A stretch of DNA of 64,000 bases from assembly GCA_963717145.1 (NCBI GenBank), contig OY970325.1, positions 3,072,001-3,136,000 on the forward strand, read 5' to 3'. This document shows, in pieces, positions 29,344 through 39,065 of the stretch (within the stretch, counting starts at the first letter, position 1; the number at the start of each line of letters is the position of its first letter). Both the position numbers and the translations under genes were made by a program. Below the pieces are notes generated by a model. It searched no databases. It was not told where the DNA came from and saw only the letters and a list, made by a program, of their open reading frames with translations. This stretch comes from an uncultured Armatimonadetes bacterium. GTDB taxonomy: Bacteria > Armatimonadota > UBA5829 > DTJY01.

Positions 29344-30568
29344 ATGAATGAGGTGCCGGTAGTGAGTTTGGTGCTTGAGCAGCTTTCGGATGACGCGGCC
29401 ATTGTCGAGCTCTGCAGTCGTTACTGGCAGCTAGATAGTGACGGGGGATTCGTATACAAAGTCAGTGAGCTACCGGTCCCGCCAGGGTACACGTATCGTG
29501 GAGTCGCCGGTTACGTGGCTGAGCATTGCCATGCCTATGACGTAGAGAACCTATGTCCCGAGTGTGGTAAAGGCAGGTTGCTCACGAGCCGCACTGACTA
29601 CCAGCAGCGGAAGTCCTGGCGTTTTGCTGCGCAATGTGATTCCTGCCGACATGCGCAGAAGGAACGAGACGCTGCTGCCGCTGAAGCTGCACTTGAGGCA
29701 AAGCGCCATGCAATTGAGCAGAGATTCGGGTCGATAGAGCATGCTCCTCTCAATCCGCACGAGGATCTGACTCTCAGGGAAGCTGTTGCGCTACTGGCCT
29801 TGTTCCGTAAGTGTGCATCGGAGGATCTGACTGTATTGCAGCCCTTGCGGCAAGTTTGTAGCACATTTGGCCCAACAGAAGAACTTGCGGTTGACCTAGT
29901 GAGATGCCTCTTCCACACCCGATGCATACATGTTCACCCCCAGTCACCGCCGTCCGCGTTTGCAGATGATCTTGAGAGTTTGGATCTCTTTGATGTCGCA
30001 TGGCTACCCCCCGTCCATCATTCGGGAGATCCCCGTGGTATCGTTACTGATCTGACCGCAATCTTCCGTAGTGGCGAGTGGCCTATCGAATGGTATGACG
30101 AGGAGACGCCTTTATGGCGTGAGATTGCCCTGCATGAATGTCTGCAATACCTGGGCATGTGCATGCACGAGCACGGCCTTGACCTTAGCCCAGGCGATAA
30201 GACGAAGCAGGTTTTGGCTACCCTACTGCATTCGTACTCGGTTGGTCAGATGTTTGTGTTCATCTGGCGTGCTGCCAAGGATGCGGCTGCATACTCGGTA
30301 AGAGATCGAGTTTCAAAGAGCCATGCAGCAAACACCGTAGTTGGGAGCATTCAGCGTTCTGCCGAACGAGCCTTAGCAGAGGGGTGGGAGATCAAGCCGT
30401 ATCGGCGTGATCGTCGTTTGCCTGAAGTCCATGTGTAGTCATATCCTGTATCACCTTGTCCTAGGTTTCGGAGACAGAGCGATAGAGTGTATTCCAGGCG
30501 ATATGTCACCAGCACTCCCAGAACTCGATGAGGTCTCCGATGATGCGAGAATCGATCCCACAGACTGA
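29344..30568 (+). CDS. Hypothetical protein with zinc-ribbon Cys pairs; probable frameshift near 30425
   Basis: CPECG and CDSC; ORF stops at 30438 but another frame continues SMCSHILYHLVLGFGD...PTD* to 30568; lower GC than flanks. Confidence 0.55.
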
Positions 30569-31851
30569 CGTCAATCGCGCTGGGAGGACTGTACTATGAA
30601 ACCCTGGATTCTTCCGGTCGTCTGCGCGGCAGCAGCAGGAGTTGCTACCTATATACTGATGATGCGCCTGAAACCAAGGCTAGATTCATGGAGCCCGCTC
30701 GGTCTCAAACTGACATTCAAAAAGAGGCCCATGCCGCCAACGACTCTGGCCAGTATGATGGCTATTGTGGTATTCTGCGCCCTGCTCTACTCACTGCAGT
30801 CACTATCTGGTGCCCCAGGACAGATGCAGCTCAGCAAGACAGTCGCACTTCTTGAGAAAGAGCTCCAGATAAAGAATACCCAGATTGAGTTCCTGCAGGA
30901 TCTGGTTACCCATGGGGGAGTAGTTCCATCCGACCGCGCTCGGCAATTGGCTGCAGAGATACCGGGGAACGCGGCCCCATACGCTCTCGGACTGAAGGCA
31001 ATCGCAGAGAGCCGCTTCGATGATGCAAGGAAGCTTCTCCGCGAGGCTATGGAAGACAGGGAAGCCAATCTGGCCAAGGTCTATAGTGCACTCGGATGGG
31101 TGGAATTATATGCAGGACGCTACCCGGAGTCTGCAGAGCATTACCTGAAAGCGCTGAGATTCTCGCCGGACGATTCGATACTGCTTGCCAACAGAGGGAC
31201 TGCTCTGCAATATGCAGGCCGATATGACGATGCTGAACCGCTCCTTAAGCGGGCGCTGAAGATTAGGGAGAGAGCCCTCGGGCCATATCATCCGGATGTA
31301 GCCACATGCCTCAACAACCTAGGATCGCTATACCACACTGAGGCCAGATATCGGGATGCCGAACCGCTTTACAAGCGGGCGCTGAGAATTTGGGAGAAAG
31401 CGCTCGGGCCATATCATCCGGATGTAGCCGCATGCCTCAACAACCTGGGAGAGCTCTATTCCAGGCAGGGAAGATATGAGGCCGCAGAACTATCATTGAG
31501 GCGGGCGCTGAGCATTGTAGAGAAGTCCCCCGAGCCGGATCTCCGAAATCTAGCCTTATCCCTCAGCAACCTAGGATCATTTTATCGAGAGCAAGATAGA
31601 TATCCAGATGCGGAACCCCTCCTTGAGCGTGCGCTGAGGATTCAGGAGAAAGCGCTCGGGCAAGATCACCCCGAGGTAGCCGTAAACATCACCGGCCTGG
31701 GAGCGCTTTACTATGAGCAGGGTAGATACGAAGATGCCGAGCTACTCTTGAGGCGTGCGCTGAGGATTCAGGAGAAAGCGCTCGGGCCAGATCATCCGGA
31801 TGTGGCCATATGCCTCAATGGCCTTGGAATGGTTTACAACGAAGAAGCTAG

Positions 31852-33439
31852 CAGCCTGTCCATGAAATAACCTCTGGCGCAAGGTGCCAGGTATGTAGTA
31901 AAATACGGGTATGAGCAAGCCATACCTTCCTTATCAACCTGACCAGATATTGCTGTTGCCGCCCTTGATGTCGGAGTGGCTGCCCGAGGGACATCTCGCA
32001 TACTTTGTGAGCGATGTCGTAGACAGTCTCGACCTTTCCGCGATATACGCCTCATACGAGAAAGAGGCCCGAGGAGCGCCGCCGTTCCATCCGGCAATGC
32101 TTACAAAGATCATATTCTACGGTTTGTGCCGGGGAGTGTATTCATCTCGAAAGCTCTCCCTGGCCACGTATGAAGATGTAGCCTTCCGGGTGCTTGCGGC
32201 AGGAAATCATCCCGACTTCCGCACGATAAGCGAGTTCAGGAAGAGGCATCTCAAGTCCCTTGCGGACCTGTTTGTGCAAGTGCTCAGGCTATGCGCAAGC
32301 GCCGGGCTTGTGTCGATGAAACACATAGCCATAGACGGAACAAAGCTGCTTGCCAACGCAAGCAAGCACTCCGCCATGAGCTACTCTCGGATGGTCGAGA
32401 AAGAAAAAGAGCTTCAGGCTGAGATCGAGGCGCTCCTTGCGAAGGGTCTTTCTGTGGACGACCAGGAAGACGCGGAATATGGTCTTGACCGCCGAGGAGA
32501 CGAACTCCCGGAGGAACTCGCAACCAGAGAGAAGCGGCTCGCCAAGATCAGGGAAGCAAAAGAAGCGCTGGAGCGCGAGGCCAAAGAGCGAGCATCAGCC
32601 GAAGAAGCGATGCGAGCCCAAGAGAAGGCGGAGCAGGAAGCATCCGGGAAGAAGCCTCGCGGCAGAGAGCCGGGGCCCGTAAAGACAGAGCCGGAAGGGA
32701 AGGCACAGCGGAACTTCACAGACCCGGAAAGCCGGATAATGAAGGACGCAAAGAAAGCCTTCGTGCAGGCATACAACGGACAAGCTGCGGTAGACGCAGA
32801 TCATCAGATTGTAGTGGCGTGTGATCTCACGAACCAGGCAGCGGACTCACCGCATCTTAGTGACATGATCGAGGCAATCAAGGAGAACACCGGAAAGAAA
32901 CCGGAAGAACTATCCGCCGATGCCGGATACTTCAGCAGCGACAACATAGAGATGGTCGAGCAGCAAGGGATCGACGCTTATATACCGCCTGACAGACAAC
33001 GTCATGGCAAAGAGCCGACGGCGCCTTCCTGCCTTGATCCGGCAAAGCAATCCGCCGCAGATCGCCAGAGAGCAAAGCTCTTGACTCCTCTTGGCCGAAA
33101 GATCTACGGGAGGCGGAAGGAGACGGTAGAGCCGGTGTTCGGCCAGATCAAGAGCGCACGGAACTTCCGAGGCTTCCTACTCCGAGGCCTTGCGAAAGCG
33201 AAGTCGGAGTGGACGCTTGCGTGTCTTGGGCACAACATGCTGAAGCTATACCGATACGGCGACCGGAAATCGATCTTCGATACGTAGATATATGACCTGG
33301 ATCAGGCTGATTATCAAGGTACAAGGGGTCTTTACAGACCCTCGCCGGAAATCCGGCGAAAAACACTATCGAACAGCAGCCAGCGCGACCCCGCAGATGG
33401 GAAACTCACCCACATAGCGGGGAATTCTCAGACAGGCTG
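31852..33439 (+). mobile_element. IS1182-family insertion sequence, copy 1 (1588 bp)
   Basis: Terminal IR CAGCCTGTC/GACAGGCTG, CTAG duplicated at 31848 and 33440. Confidence 0.96.
31911..33287 (+). CDS. IS1182-family transposase
   Basis: PDFRTISEFR, IDGTKLLANASK, NFTDPESRIMK, QAYNGQ, ADAGYFS, VEPVFGQIK. Confidence 0.96.
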   Translation: MSKPYLPYQPDQILLLPPLMSEWLPEGHLAYFVSDVVDSLDLSAIYASYEKEARGAPPFHPAMLTKIIFYGLCRGVYSSRKLSLATYEDVAFRVLAAGNHPDFRTISEFRKRHLKSLADLFVQVLRLCASAGLVSMKHIAIDGTKLLANASKHSAMSYSRMVEKEKELQAEIEALLAKGLSVDDQEDAEYGLDRRGDELPEELATREKRLAKIREAKEALEREAKERASAEEAMRAQEKAEQEASGKKPRGREPGPVKTEPEGKAQRNFTDPESRIMKDAKKAFVQAYNGQAAVDADHQIVVACDLTNQAADSPHLSDMIEAIKENTGKKPEELSADAGYFSSDNIEMVEQQGIDAYIPPDRQRHGKEPTAPSCLDPAKQSAADRQRAKLLTPLGRKIYGRRKETVEPVFGQIKSARNFRGFLLRGLAKAKSEWTLACLGHNMLKLYRYGDRKSIFDT

Positions 33440-34091
33440 CTAGGTATTCTGATGCCGAACCTCTACTCAAGCGCGCGCTGAGGATTCAGGAGGAGGCGCT
33501 CGGGCAGGATCATCCGGCTGCGGCCATGTGCCTCAACAACCTGGGATTGCTATACCTTAATCAGCACAGATCCCAAGATGCCGAACCGCTCTTGAGGCGG
33601 GCGCTGAGGATTTGGGAGAAAGCCTGCGGACCGGACCATCTCGATGTGGCCCGATGCCTTAACAACCTGGGAGTCCTTTGCAGCACAGAGCGTAGATTTC
33701 GGGAGGCCGAGTCGCTGCTTAAGCGGGCTCTGAAGATCAGGGAGAAAGCCCTCGGGCCGGATAATCTCCGTGTAGGCAAGTCCGTCAGCGATCTGGCAGG
33801 TTTTTACTACACGCAACGCAGATTCCGGGAAGCCGAACCGCTGGCCAGGCGTGCGCTAGAGATCGCCGAGAATGCGCTGGGCCCGGACCATCCGAATCTG
33901 GTATCATGTCTAAGTAACTACGCTACTCTCCTCCGAGATATGAAACGGCCGGCTGAGGCCCGGAAGTACGAGGAGCGCGCAAAAGCGATTCAAATGAGAT
34001 ACGAGAATACCGGATTGACCAGATACCCAGGTGACCGGGTCTAGCTCAGCACCCGGGTTCTGGGGCAGCGCAGATCATTTGGCGTCCTGCT

Positions 34092-34139
34092 GTAGGTGTT
34101 GGGTGTTGGGGCGCGCTGACACCCGACACCCAACACCTT
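34092..34139. repeat. GGTGTTG-heptamer hairpin element
   Basis: AGGTGTTGGGTGTTGGG...CACCCGACACCCAACACCT just downstream of ilvB. Confidence 0.8.
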
Positions 34140-34143
34140 CTGC

Positions 34144-35880
34144 TCAGTCCAACTCCAGGATCATATCGTCCGTCGAGCCGCCGGCGGGGATCATGGGGAG
34201 GACGTTCGCCTCGCGGGCGACGAGGAAGTCGATGAGGCACGGGCGGTCGGTGATCTTCATCGCCGCCTCGAGCGCCGGCATGATCTCCTCCGACTTGGTC
34301 ACCCGCAGCCCCTCCGCGCCGTATGCCTTCGCCAGCATCACGAAATCCGGCTGGCACGAGATGTCGGTCGAGGCGTATCGTCGGTCGTAGAAGATCTGCT
34401 GCCACTGACGCACCATGCCGAGGTAGCCGTTGTTGAAGAGCGCGATCTTGATCGGCAGGCGCTGCTCGACCGCCGTCATCAGCTCCTGGTTGTTCATCAG
34501 GATGCTCCCGTCGCCCGCGATGACGAACACAGTCGCGTCCGGCATCCCCATCTGCGCGCCGATCGCCGCCGGGAGTCCGTAGCCCATCGTGCCGAGCCCG
34601 CCGCTGGAGAGGAACTGCCTCGGGCGCTTGGTCAGGATGCTCTGCGCGGCCCACATCTGGTGCTGGCCCACGTCGGTGCAGACGATGGCTGAGGGGGAAT
34701 GGTTGATGGTTGATGGTTCATGGTTGATGGGGGATGGGGGATCGATGATCGCGTTGATCGCGTCGAAGATCTCCTGCGGCATGATCCGATCGCCGTCTGA
34801 GGGCTGCCGAGTCACATGAGTCTTCTTCCAATGGGCCAACTGCTTGATCCACTCGACGTGTTTCGCCTCACGCACCTTCGTCCCGAGCGAGTGGAGGATG
34901 TTCTTCGCGTCGCCCACTATCGGGACCGTCGGGCGGCGCATCTTGCCGATCTCCGCCGGATCGACGTCGATGTGGACGATCTGTGCCTCGGGCGCGAAGG
35001 CCGATGTCTTGCCGGTGGATCGATCGCTGAACCGCATCCCGACCGCGATGAGGAGGTCGCACCCCTTCGCCGCGTGGTTGGCATAGGGCGAGCCGTGCAT
35101 GCCGAGCATCCCGAGGTTCATCGGATCGCCGTCGGGGAACGCGCCCTTGCCCATGAGCGTGTAGACAACCGGCATGTTTGCCTTCTCCATCAGCCGCCTC
35201 AACTCGCCCGACGCATCGGCGGCGATCACTCCTCCGCCGGCGATGATGAGCGGTCTCTCGGCGGCGTCGATCAGCGCGACCGCCTTCTTGATCTGGCCCG
35301 GGTGGCCGATGACGGTCGGCTTGTACCCGAGCATGTTGATCTTCGGCGGGCGCTCGTACTCGATCTCGGCGAAGGAGAGGTCGAGCGGGATGTCGATCAG
35401 CACCGGGCCGGGACGACCGGTCGAGGCGACGTGGAACGCCTCCTGCACGACCGCCGGGATCTCGCTGACGTCCTTCACGAGGTAGTTGTGCTTCACGATC
35501 GGATCGGTGACGCCGGTGGTGTCGGCCTCCTGGAACGCATCGGTGCCGAGCTTGAACGTGGCGACCTGGCCGGTGATCGCGACCATCGGCACGGAGTCCA
35601 TGTAGGCGGTCGCGATCCCGCAGACGAGGTTGAGCGCGCCGGGACCGGACGTGGCGAGGCAGACCCCCACCCTTCCGGTCGCGCGGGCATATCCATCCGC
35701 CGCGTGGGCCGCTCCCTGCTCATGGCGTACAAGGACATGGTGGATCTTGCCCTCCATCAACACGTCATGGATCGGGATCGTGGCCGCGCCCGGGTAGCCG
35801 AATATGATCTCGACTCCCTCGTCCGCGAGCGCCTCGATGAGCACCCGAGCGCCGTTCATCTTTTCACCTGTCATGTGCAT
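34144..35880 (-). CDS. ilvB: Acetolactate synthase large subunit with in-frame heptamer insertion
   Basis: FGYPG, RHEQGAAHAADGYARATG, TSGPGA, DAFQEAD, TDVGQHQMW, SGGLGTMGYG, GDGS, LGMVRQWQ. Confidence 0.96.
   Translation of the reverse strand: MHMTGEKMNGARVLIEALADEGVEIIFGYPGAATIPIHDVLMEGKIHHVLVRHEQGAAHAADGYARATGRVGVCLATSGPGALNLVCGIATAYMDSVPMVAITGQVATFKLGTDAFQEADTTGVTDPIVKHNYLVKDVSEIPAVVQEAFHVASTGRPGPVLIDIPLDLSFAEIEYERPPKINMLGYKPTVIGHPGQIKKAVALIDAAERPLIIAGGGVIAADASGELRRLMEKANMPVVYTLMGKGAFPDGDPMNLGMLGMHGSPYANHAAKGCDLLIAVGMRFSDRSTGKTSAFAPEAQIVHIDVDPAEIGKMRRPTVPIVGDAKNILHSLGTKVREAKHVEWIKQLAHWKKTHVTRQPSDGDRIMPQEIFDAINAIIDPPSPINHEPSTINHSPSAIVCTDVGQHQMWAAQSILTKRPRQFLSSGGLGTMGYGLPAAIGAQMGMPDATVFVIAGDGSILMNNQELMTAVEQRLPIKIALFNNGYLGMVRQWQQIFYDRRYASTDISCQPDFVMLAKAYGAEGLRVTKSEEIMPALEAAMKITDRPCLIDFLVAREANVLPMIPAGGSTDDMILELD
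34692..34740. repeat. Single arm of the ATGGTTG element in-frame in ilvB
   Basis: GGGGAATGGTTGATGGTTGATGGTTCATGGTTGATGGGGGATGGGGG encodes PPSPINHEPSTINHSP just before AIVCTDVGQH. Confidence 0.9.
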
Positions 35881-35892
35881 TCCTCCGAAAAA

Positions 35893-35958
35893 GGTATTAG
35901 GTGTTGGGTGTTAGGTGTTAGGGTGCCCCAACACCCAACACCTAACACCCACAACCCC
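35893..35958. repeat. GGTGTT(G/A)-heptamer hairpin element in the ilvB leader
   Basis: GGTATTA GGTGTTG GGTGTTA GGTGTTA GG...CC CAACACC CAACACC TAACACC. Confidence 0.85.
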
Positions 35959-35961
35959 CAT

Positions 35962-36306
35962 GCAAAAAGCCCCTCATCCCCTAGCAGGGACGAGAGGCTC
36001 TTGAACCTTTCGTGGTACCACCCCGATTCGCCAATGCCTCACGGCACCAACCTTCACGGGCACTTGGATCTGATCCGCATGCCACGGTCCTGTAACGGGA
36101 ACCACCCGGGGGAGACTACTCGGTGATCAGTGATCGGTGATCGGTGATCGGTGATCGGTTTTACTGATTACCGATAACTGATCACTGATGACTGCTTTTC
36201 GTCCGCCCGGCTCGGAGGCGACATTCGACCTGCTTTCGGATGCCGGCTCTCAGCAACCCGGCTCTCTGGAATCGCTCCGGCAGGTCTACTCTTCCTCGTC
36301 AACGCC
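35962..36306 (-). ncRNA. T-box riboswitch, predicted Val (GUC) specifier
   Basis: Minus strand: GA motif GCGTTGA, AG box CAGAGAG, GCTGAGA loop, specifier loop GAAT-GTC-G-CCTC (36220-36222), AGTA, CCGTTA, T-box AATCGGGGTGGTACCACG, then terminator hairpin and U tract. Confidence 0.92.
36121..36190. repeat. TGATCGG-heptamer hairpin inside the T-box
   Basis: GGTGATC AGTGATC GGTGATC x3, TTTT loop, then ACTGATT ACCGATA ACTGATC ACTGA. Confidence 0.85.
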
Positions 36307-36335
36307 ATTCGTGGGCCTATGCGATTGTTAGCCGA

Positions 36336-36365
36336 AATATACCACACCCCTGGCTGAATTGTCAA
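36336..36365 (-). promoter_or_regulatory. Sigma70 promoter for T-box/ilvB
   Basis: TTGACA-18 bp-TATATT with extended -10 TG on the minus strand. Confidence 0.75.
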
Positions 36366-36409
36366 CCTCTCGACTACTCCCCAAGGGTCGCACCGCCTGC
36401 ACATCGCAG

Positions 36410-36437
36410 GTTTAAGACATCAGGAGTTCGCGCATAA
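36410..36437 (+). promoter_or_regulatory. Candidate SigB-type promoter
   Basis: GTTTAA-N14-GCGCAT(AA) upstream of a cluster containing an lmo0937-family gene. Confidence 0.4.
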
Positions 36438-36528
36438 TCCTAACACAAGTGCCGGTTGCCCGGCGTAGGCTGAACCGCTACAGGTGATGCCGTCTTCGGC
36501 AGTAACCTGGGAGAGGATGGGAATTACT

Positions 36529-37095
36529 ATGGCCAATAACAAGCAACTGACCGATGAAGACGTAGATGAGATTGTCGAGGAGGCAGTCGATGAGGCAGTC
36601 GATGCCTCGATAGAGCGTGACGTGGCGGTCAATGTCGCCGCACGTGCGACGGCGAACGAGGCCGCCGCCAGGGAGGTCGCAAGGGAGCAGGCAGTGGCTG
36701 CCCACAGCGCTGAGGCGAAGGCAGCCGAGATGAACGCTCTCAGGCATGCCGCAAATGCCAGGGCGAACCAGGAGGCGGCGAGCGCCGAGACCTCGAGGTT
36801 CGGATTGTACCTCGTGCTCGCGCTTATCCTGGTGGCGCTCGTTGTTACGGCGGTGTGGCTCGCGACTCGAACGCCGGAGACGACCGTGATCACCCCGGAT
36901 GTGTCCGTCCCAGGACAGTCCCAGCAAGTCCCGGTAACGCCGCCGATTGAGACACCCGCGCCGCCTCCCGTGATCCAGGGCGCACCGGGCCCTCAAGGAC
37001 CTGCGGGAGCGCCGGGGGCTCAGGGACCCGTGGGAGCACCTGCTCCTGCGCAGCCGGCTGCTCCGGAGACCCCGGCAGCGCCGAGCGACCAGTAA
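36529..37095 (+). CDS. Single-pass membrane protein with Ala/Glu-rich N-terminus and short collagen-like tail
   Basis: TM FGLYLVLALILVALVVTAVWL; GAPGPQGPAGAPGAQGPVGAP. Confidence 0.75.
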   Translation: MANNKQLTDEDVDEIVEEAVDEAVDASIERDVAVNVAARATANEAAAREVAREQAVAAHSAEAKAAEMNALRHAANARANQEAASAETSRFGLYLVLALILVALVVTAVWLATRTPETTVITPDVSVPGQSQQVPVTPPIETPAPPPVIQGAPGPQGPAGAPGAQGPVGAPAPAQPAAPETPAAPSDQ

Positions 37096-37173
37096 CCCGA
37101 GCCTGAGCCCGGACCTATTGGGCAAACAATGCGGGCTGGTTGCCGGCCCGACTATTGAAAGGAGATCAACAAC

Positions 37174-37464
37174 ATGAACGTTAACACAGAAGGCTCCCCA
37201 TCGAGTGAGAGTTCTGCATGGGCAGCGATAGTGGTCGTCCTGCTGGTGGTCATCGCCATTCTGATGATCGGCTACTTCGCCTGGTATGTCCCGAGCCGGC
37301 AGAACACCATCGTAATAACGCCACCGGTGGAAACGCAGCAAGCGCAGCCGCCGATCCAGATTCAGCCGGGTGCGCCTGGTCCCCAGGGACCTGCCGGTCA
37401 GCCTGGGCCTCAAGGACCCGCCACAGAGCCGGCCCCGCCGCCAAAGACCCCGGCCGGCGAATGA
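37174..37464 (+). CDS. Small membrane protein with collagen-like tail (related to upstream gene)
   Basis: AGGAG RBS, TM helix, VITPPVET, GAPGPQGPAGQPGPQGPA. Confidence 0.75.
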   Translation: MNVNTEGSPSSESSAWAAIVVVLLVVIAILMIGYFAWYVPSRQNTIVITPPVETQQAQPPIQIQPGAPGPQGPAGQPGPQGPATEPAPPPKTPAGE

Positions 37465-37513
37465 TGAGTCGGGCATCGGCCCTGTTGTTTATTGACGAAG
37501 GAGGTAACAACAG

Positions 37514-37663
37514 ATGATATGGACCATATTCGTGATCCTGGTCATCCTTTGGCTGCTCGGCTTCCTCGGGCATGTCGGCGGAAACCTGATTCACATTCTA
37601 CTGGTCGTTGCGCTGATCGTAGTGATATACAATCTGCTGACCGGTAGGAGAGGCGGATCTTGA
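37514..37663 (+). CDS. lmo0937-family small membrane protein (not in ORF track)
   Basis: MIWTIFVILVILWLLGFLGHVGGNLIHILLVVALIVVIYNLLTGRR; AAGGAGGT RBS. Confidence 0.9.
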   Translation: MIWTIFVILVILWLLGFLGHVGGNLIHILLVVALIVVIYNLLTGRRGGS

Positions 37664-37704
37664 GAGCCTCTGACATCAACTCACCAGGAAAAGAGGTTAT
37701 AGCG

Positions 37705-38861
37705 ATGTTACGATATGCCAACCGTGGCCCGATTGGGCTCAGAGCGATTCTGCCGGTTCTGGGGCTGTTGTCGCTCGCATTGTCGATGGTGATGCTAACG
37801 GGCTGCGCAAAGCAGTCGTCCGAGGCAACTGCGGAGATGCGCGACATCATCGCGTATCTCCCGGCCGAGGGAACGGTCGTCGCCCCGGCGTCGGCTCGGG
37901 CGGACATCTATTCCCCTTACACCGTGCCCGTGGACAAGATAAACGTGACCGTGGGGAAGAGCGTCCGCCGTGGGGAGGTGCTGATCGTCTTCTCCGCCCC
38001 GCAGAACGAGGCGTACTACGACCAGGCGACCGCGACGCTTGCTGCGGCCAAGAAGTCGCTGGATCACGCCCGCAGTCAGTTCAGCCAGGAACTCAAGGCC
38101 GCCCAGAAGCAGCTCGCGTTGTCCCGCTCGACCGAGAGGAAGGCAAAGGCGACTCCCCCGGACGATCCCTATGCTGACACCGGCGTACCATCAGCGAACC
38201 GCAGGCCGACGAACAGGCGGTGATCGACGCTCAGGCCAGGATGGCCGAAGGAATGGTCCCGTACCAGCAGGCCGTGGTTGCGGCCCAGGAGCAGTTCGAT
38301 GCGGCAAAGGCCGGCAGCAAGTCCGCACAGGTCACATCACCGATCACCGGCACAGTTCTCGCGGTGAACGTCACCGTGGGGCAGACGCCCAATCCGGAGC
38401 ACAAGAAGCCGCTGGTTACGGTGGTGAACCTGGAGGCTCTGAAGGTCGCGGCCGGAGTCGCGGAAGACCAACTGAGCCTGCTCAAGCCGAAGAACCCGGC
38501 CCTCGTGACGATCAAGGAAGTGCCGAACGTGGAGTTCGCCGGTTCGCTGGATGAGATCTACTCGGAGAAGGCCGGCTTCCTGCGTGGGAAGAAGTACGTG
38601 GCCCTCATGGACTTCAGAAACACCAACGGCCAGGCGAAACCGGGCATGGAGGCGACGGTCTCGATCAAGATCGGCGAGGTACACGATGTGCTTGCCGTGC
38701 CCGCCAACGCGGTGTACGAGGTGGACAAGCAGTACGCGGTCAAGCTGAAGAATGGCAAGGAATGGGCTCAGACGATCGTCGAGATCGGCCTGAGCGACGG
38801 CGAGTACACGCAGATCAAGTCAGGCATCAAAGAGGGCGACATAGTGAAGACCAACCCGTGA
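37705..38861 (+). CDS. Efflux periplasmic adaptor (membrane fusion) lipoprotein; frameshift near 38200
   Basis: Lipobox LTGC, VTVGKSVRRGEVL, VTSPITGTVLAVNV, KPGMEATV, VLAVPANAV, IGLSDG, SGIKEGD. Confidence 0.85.
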
Positions 38862-38871
38862 TCGCAGCGCA

Positions 38872-38969
38872 AGATGTCCCCCTTACGAAGGGGGACCGGC
38901 CTCCGAGCGAGGACGCGGACGGAGATGTCCCCCTTACGAAGGGGGACCGGCCTCTGGGCCGAGGGGGTT
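38872..38969. repeat. Two tandem copies of a TCCCCCTTACGAAGGGGGA hairpin element
   Basis: Direct copies at 38872 and 38923; 38924-38969 is identical to the reverse complement of 61939-61984. Confidence 0.9.
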
Positions 38970-39004
38970 TATGTTCGAGTCGCCAATCCCGTCGCACACA
39001 TAAG

Positions 39005-39050
39005 AAGGGGATGCCGGTCATCAGACCGGCATCCCCTCCCCGTTTTGTTC
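39005..39050. terminator. Probable terminator between convergent genes
   Basis: AGGGGATGCCGGTC-ATCA-GACCGGCATCCCCT followed by T-rich tract. Confidence 0.7.
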
Positions 39051-39065
39051 TTGTTCTTCTCTGCC

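Larger units (their letters stand above)
30596..34044 (+). pseudogene. Membrane-anchored TPR (kinesin-light-chain-like 42-aa repeat) protein interrupted by IS1182
   Basis: Repeats AEPLLKRALKIREKALGPDHPDVAxCLNNLG; removing the IS and one CTAG restores ...YNEEARYSDAEPLL... and a 1857-bp open frame. Confidence 0.92.
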
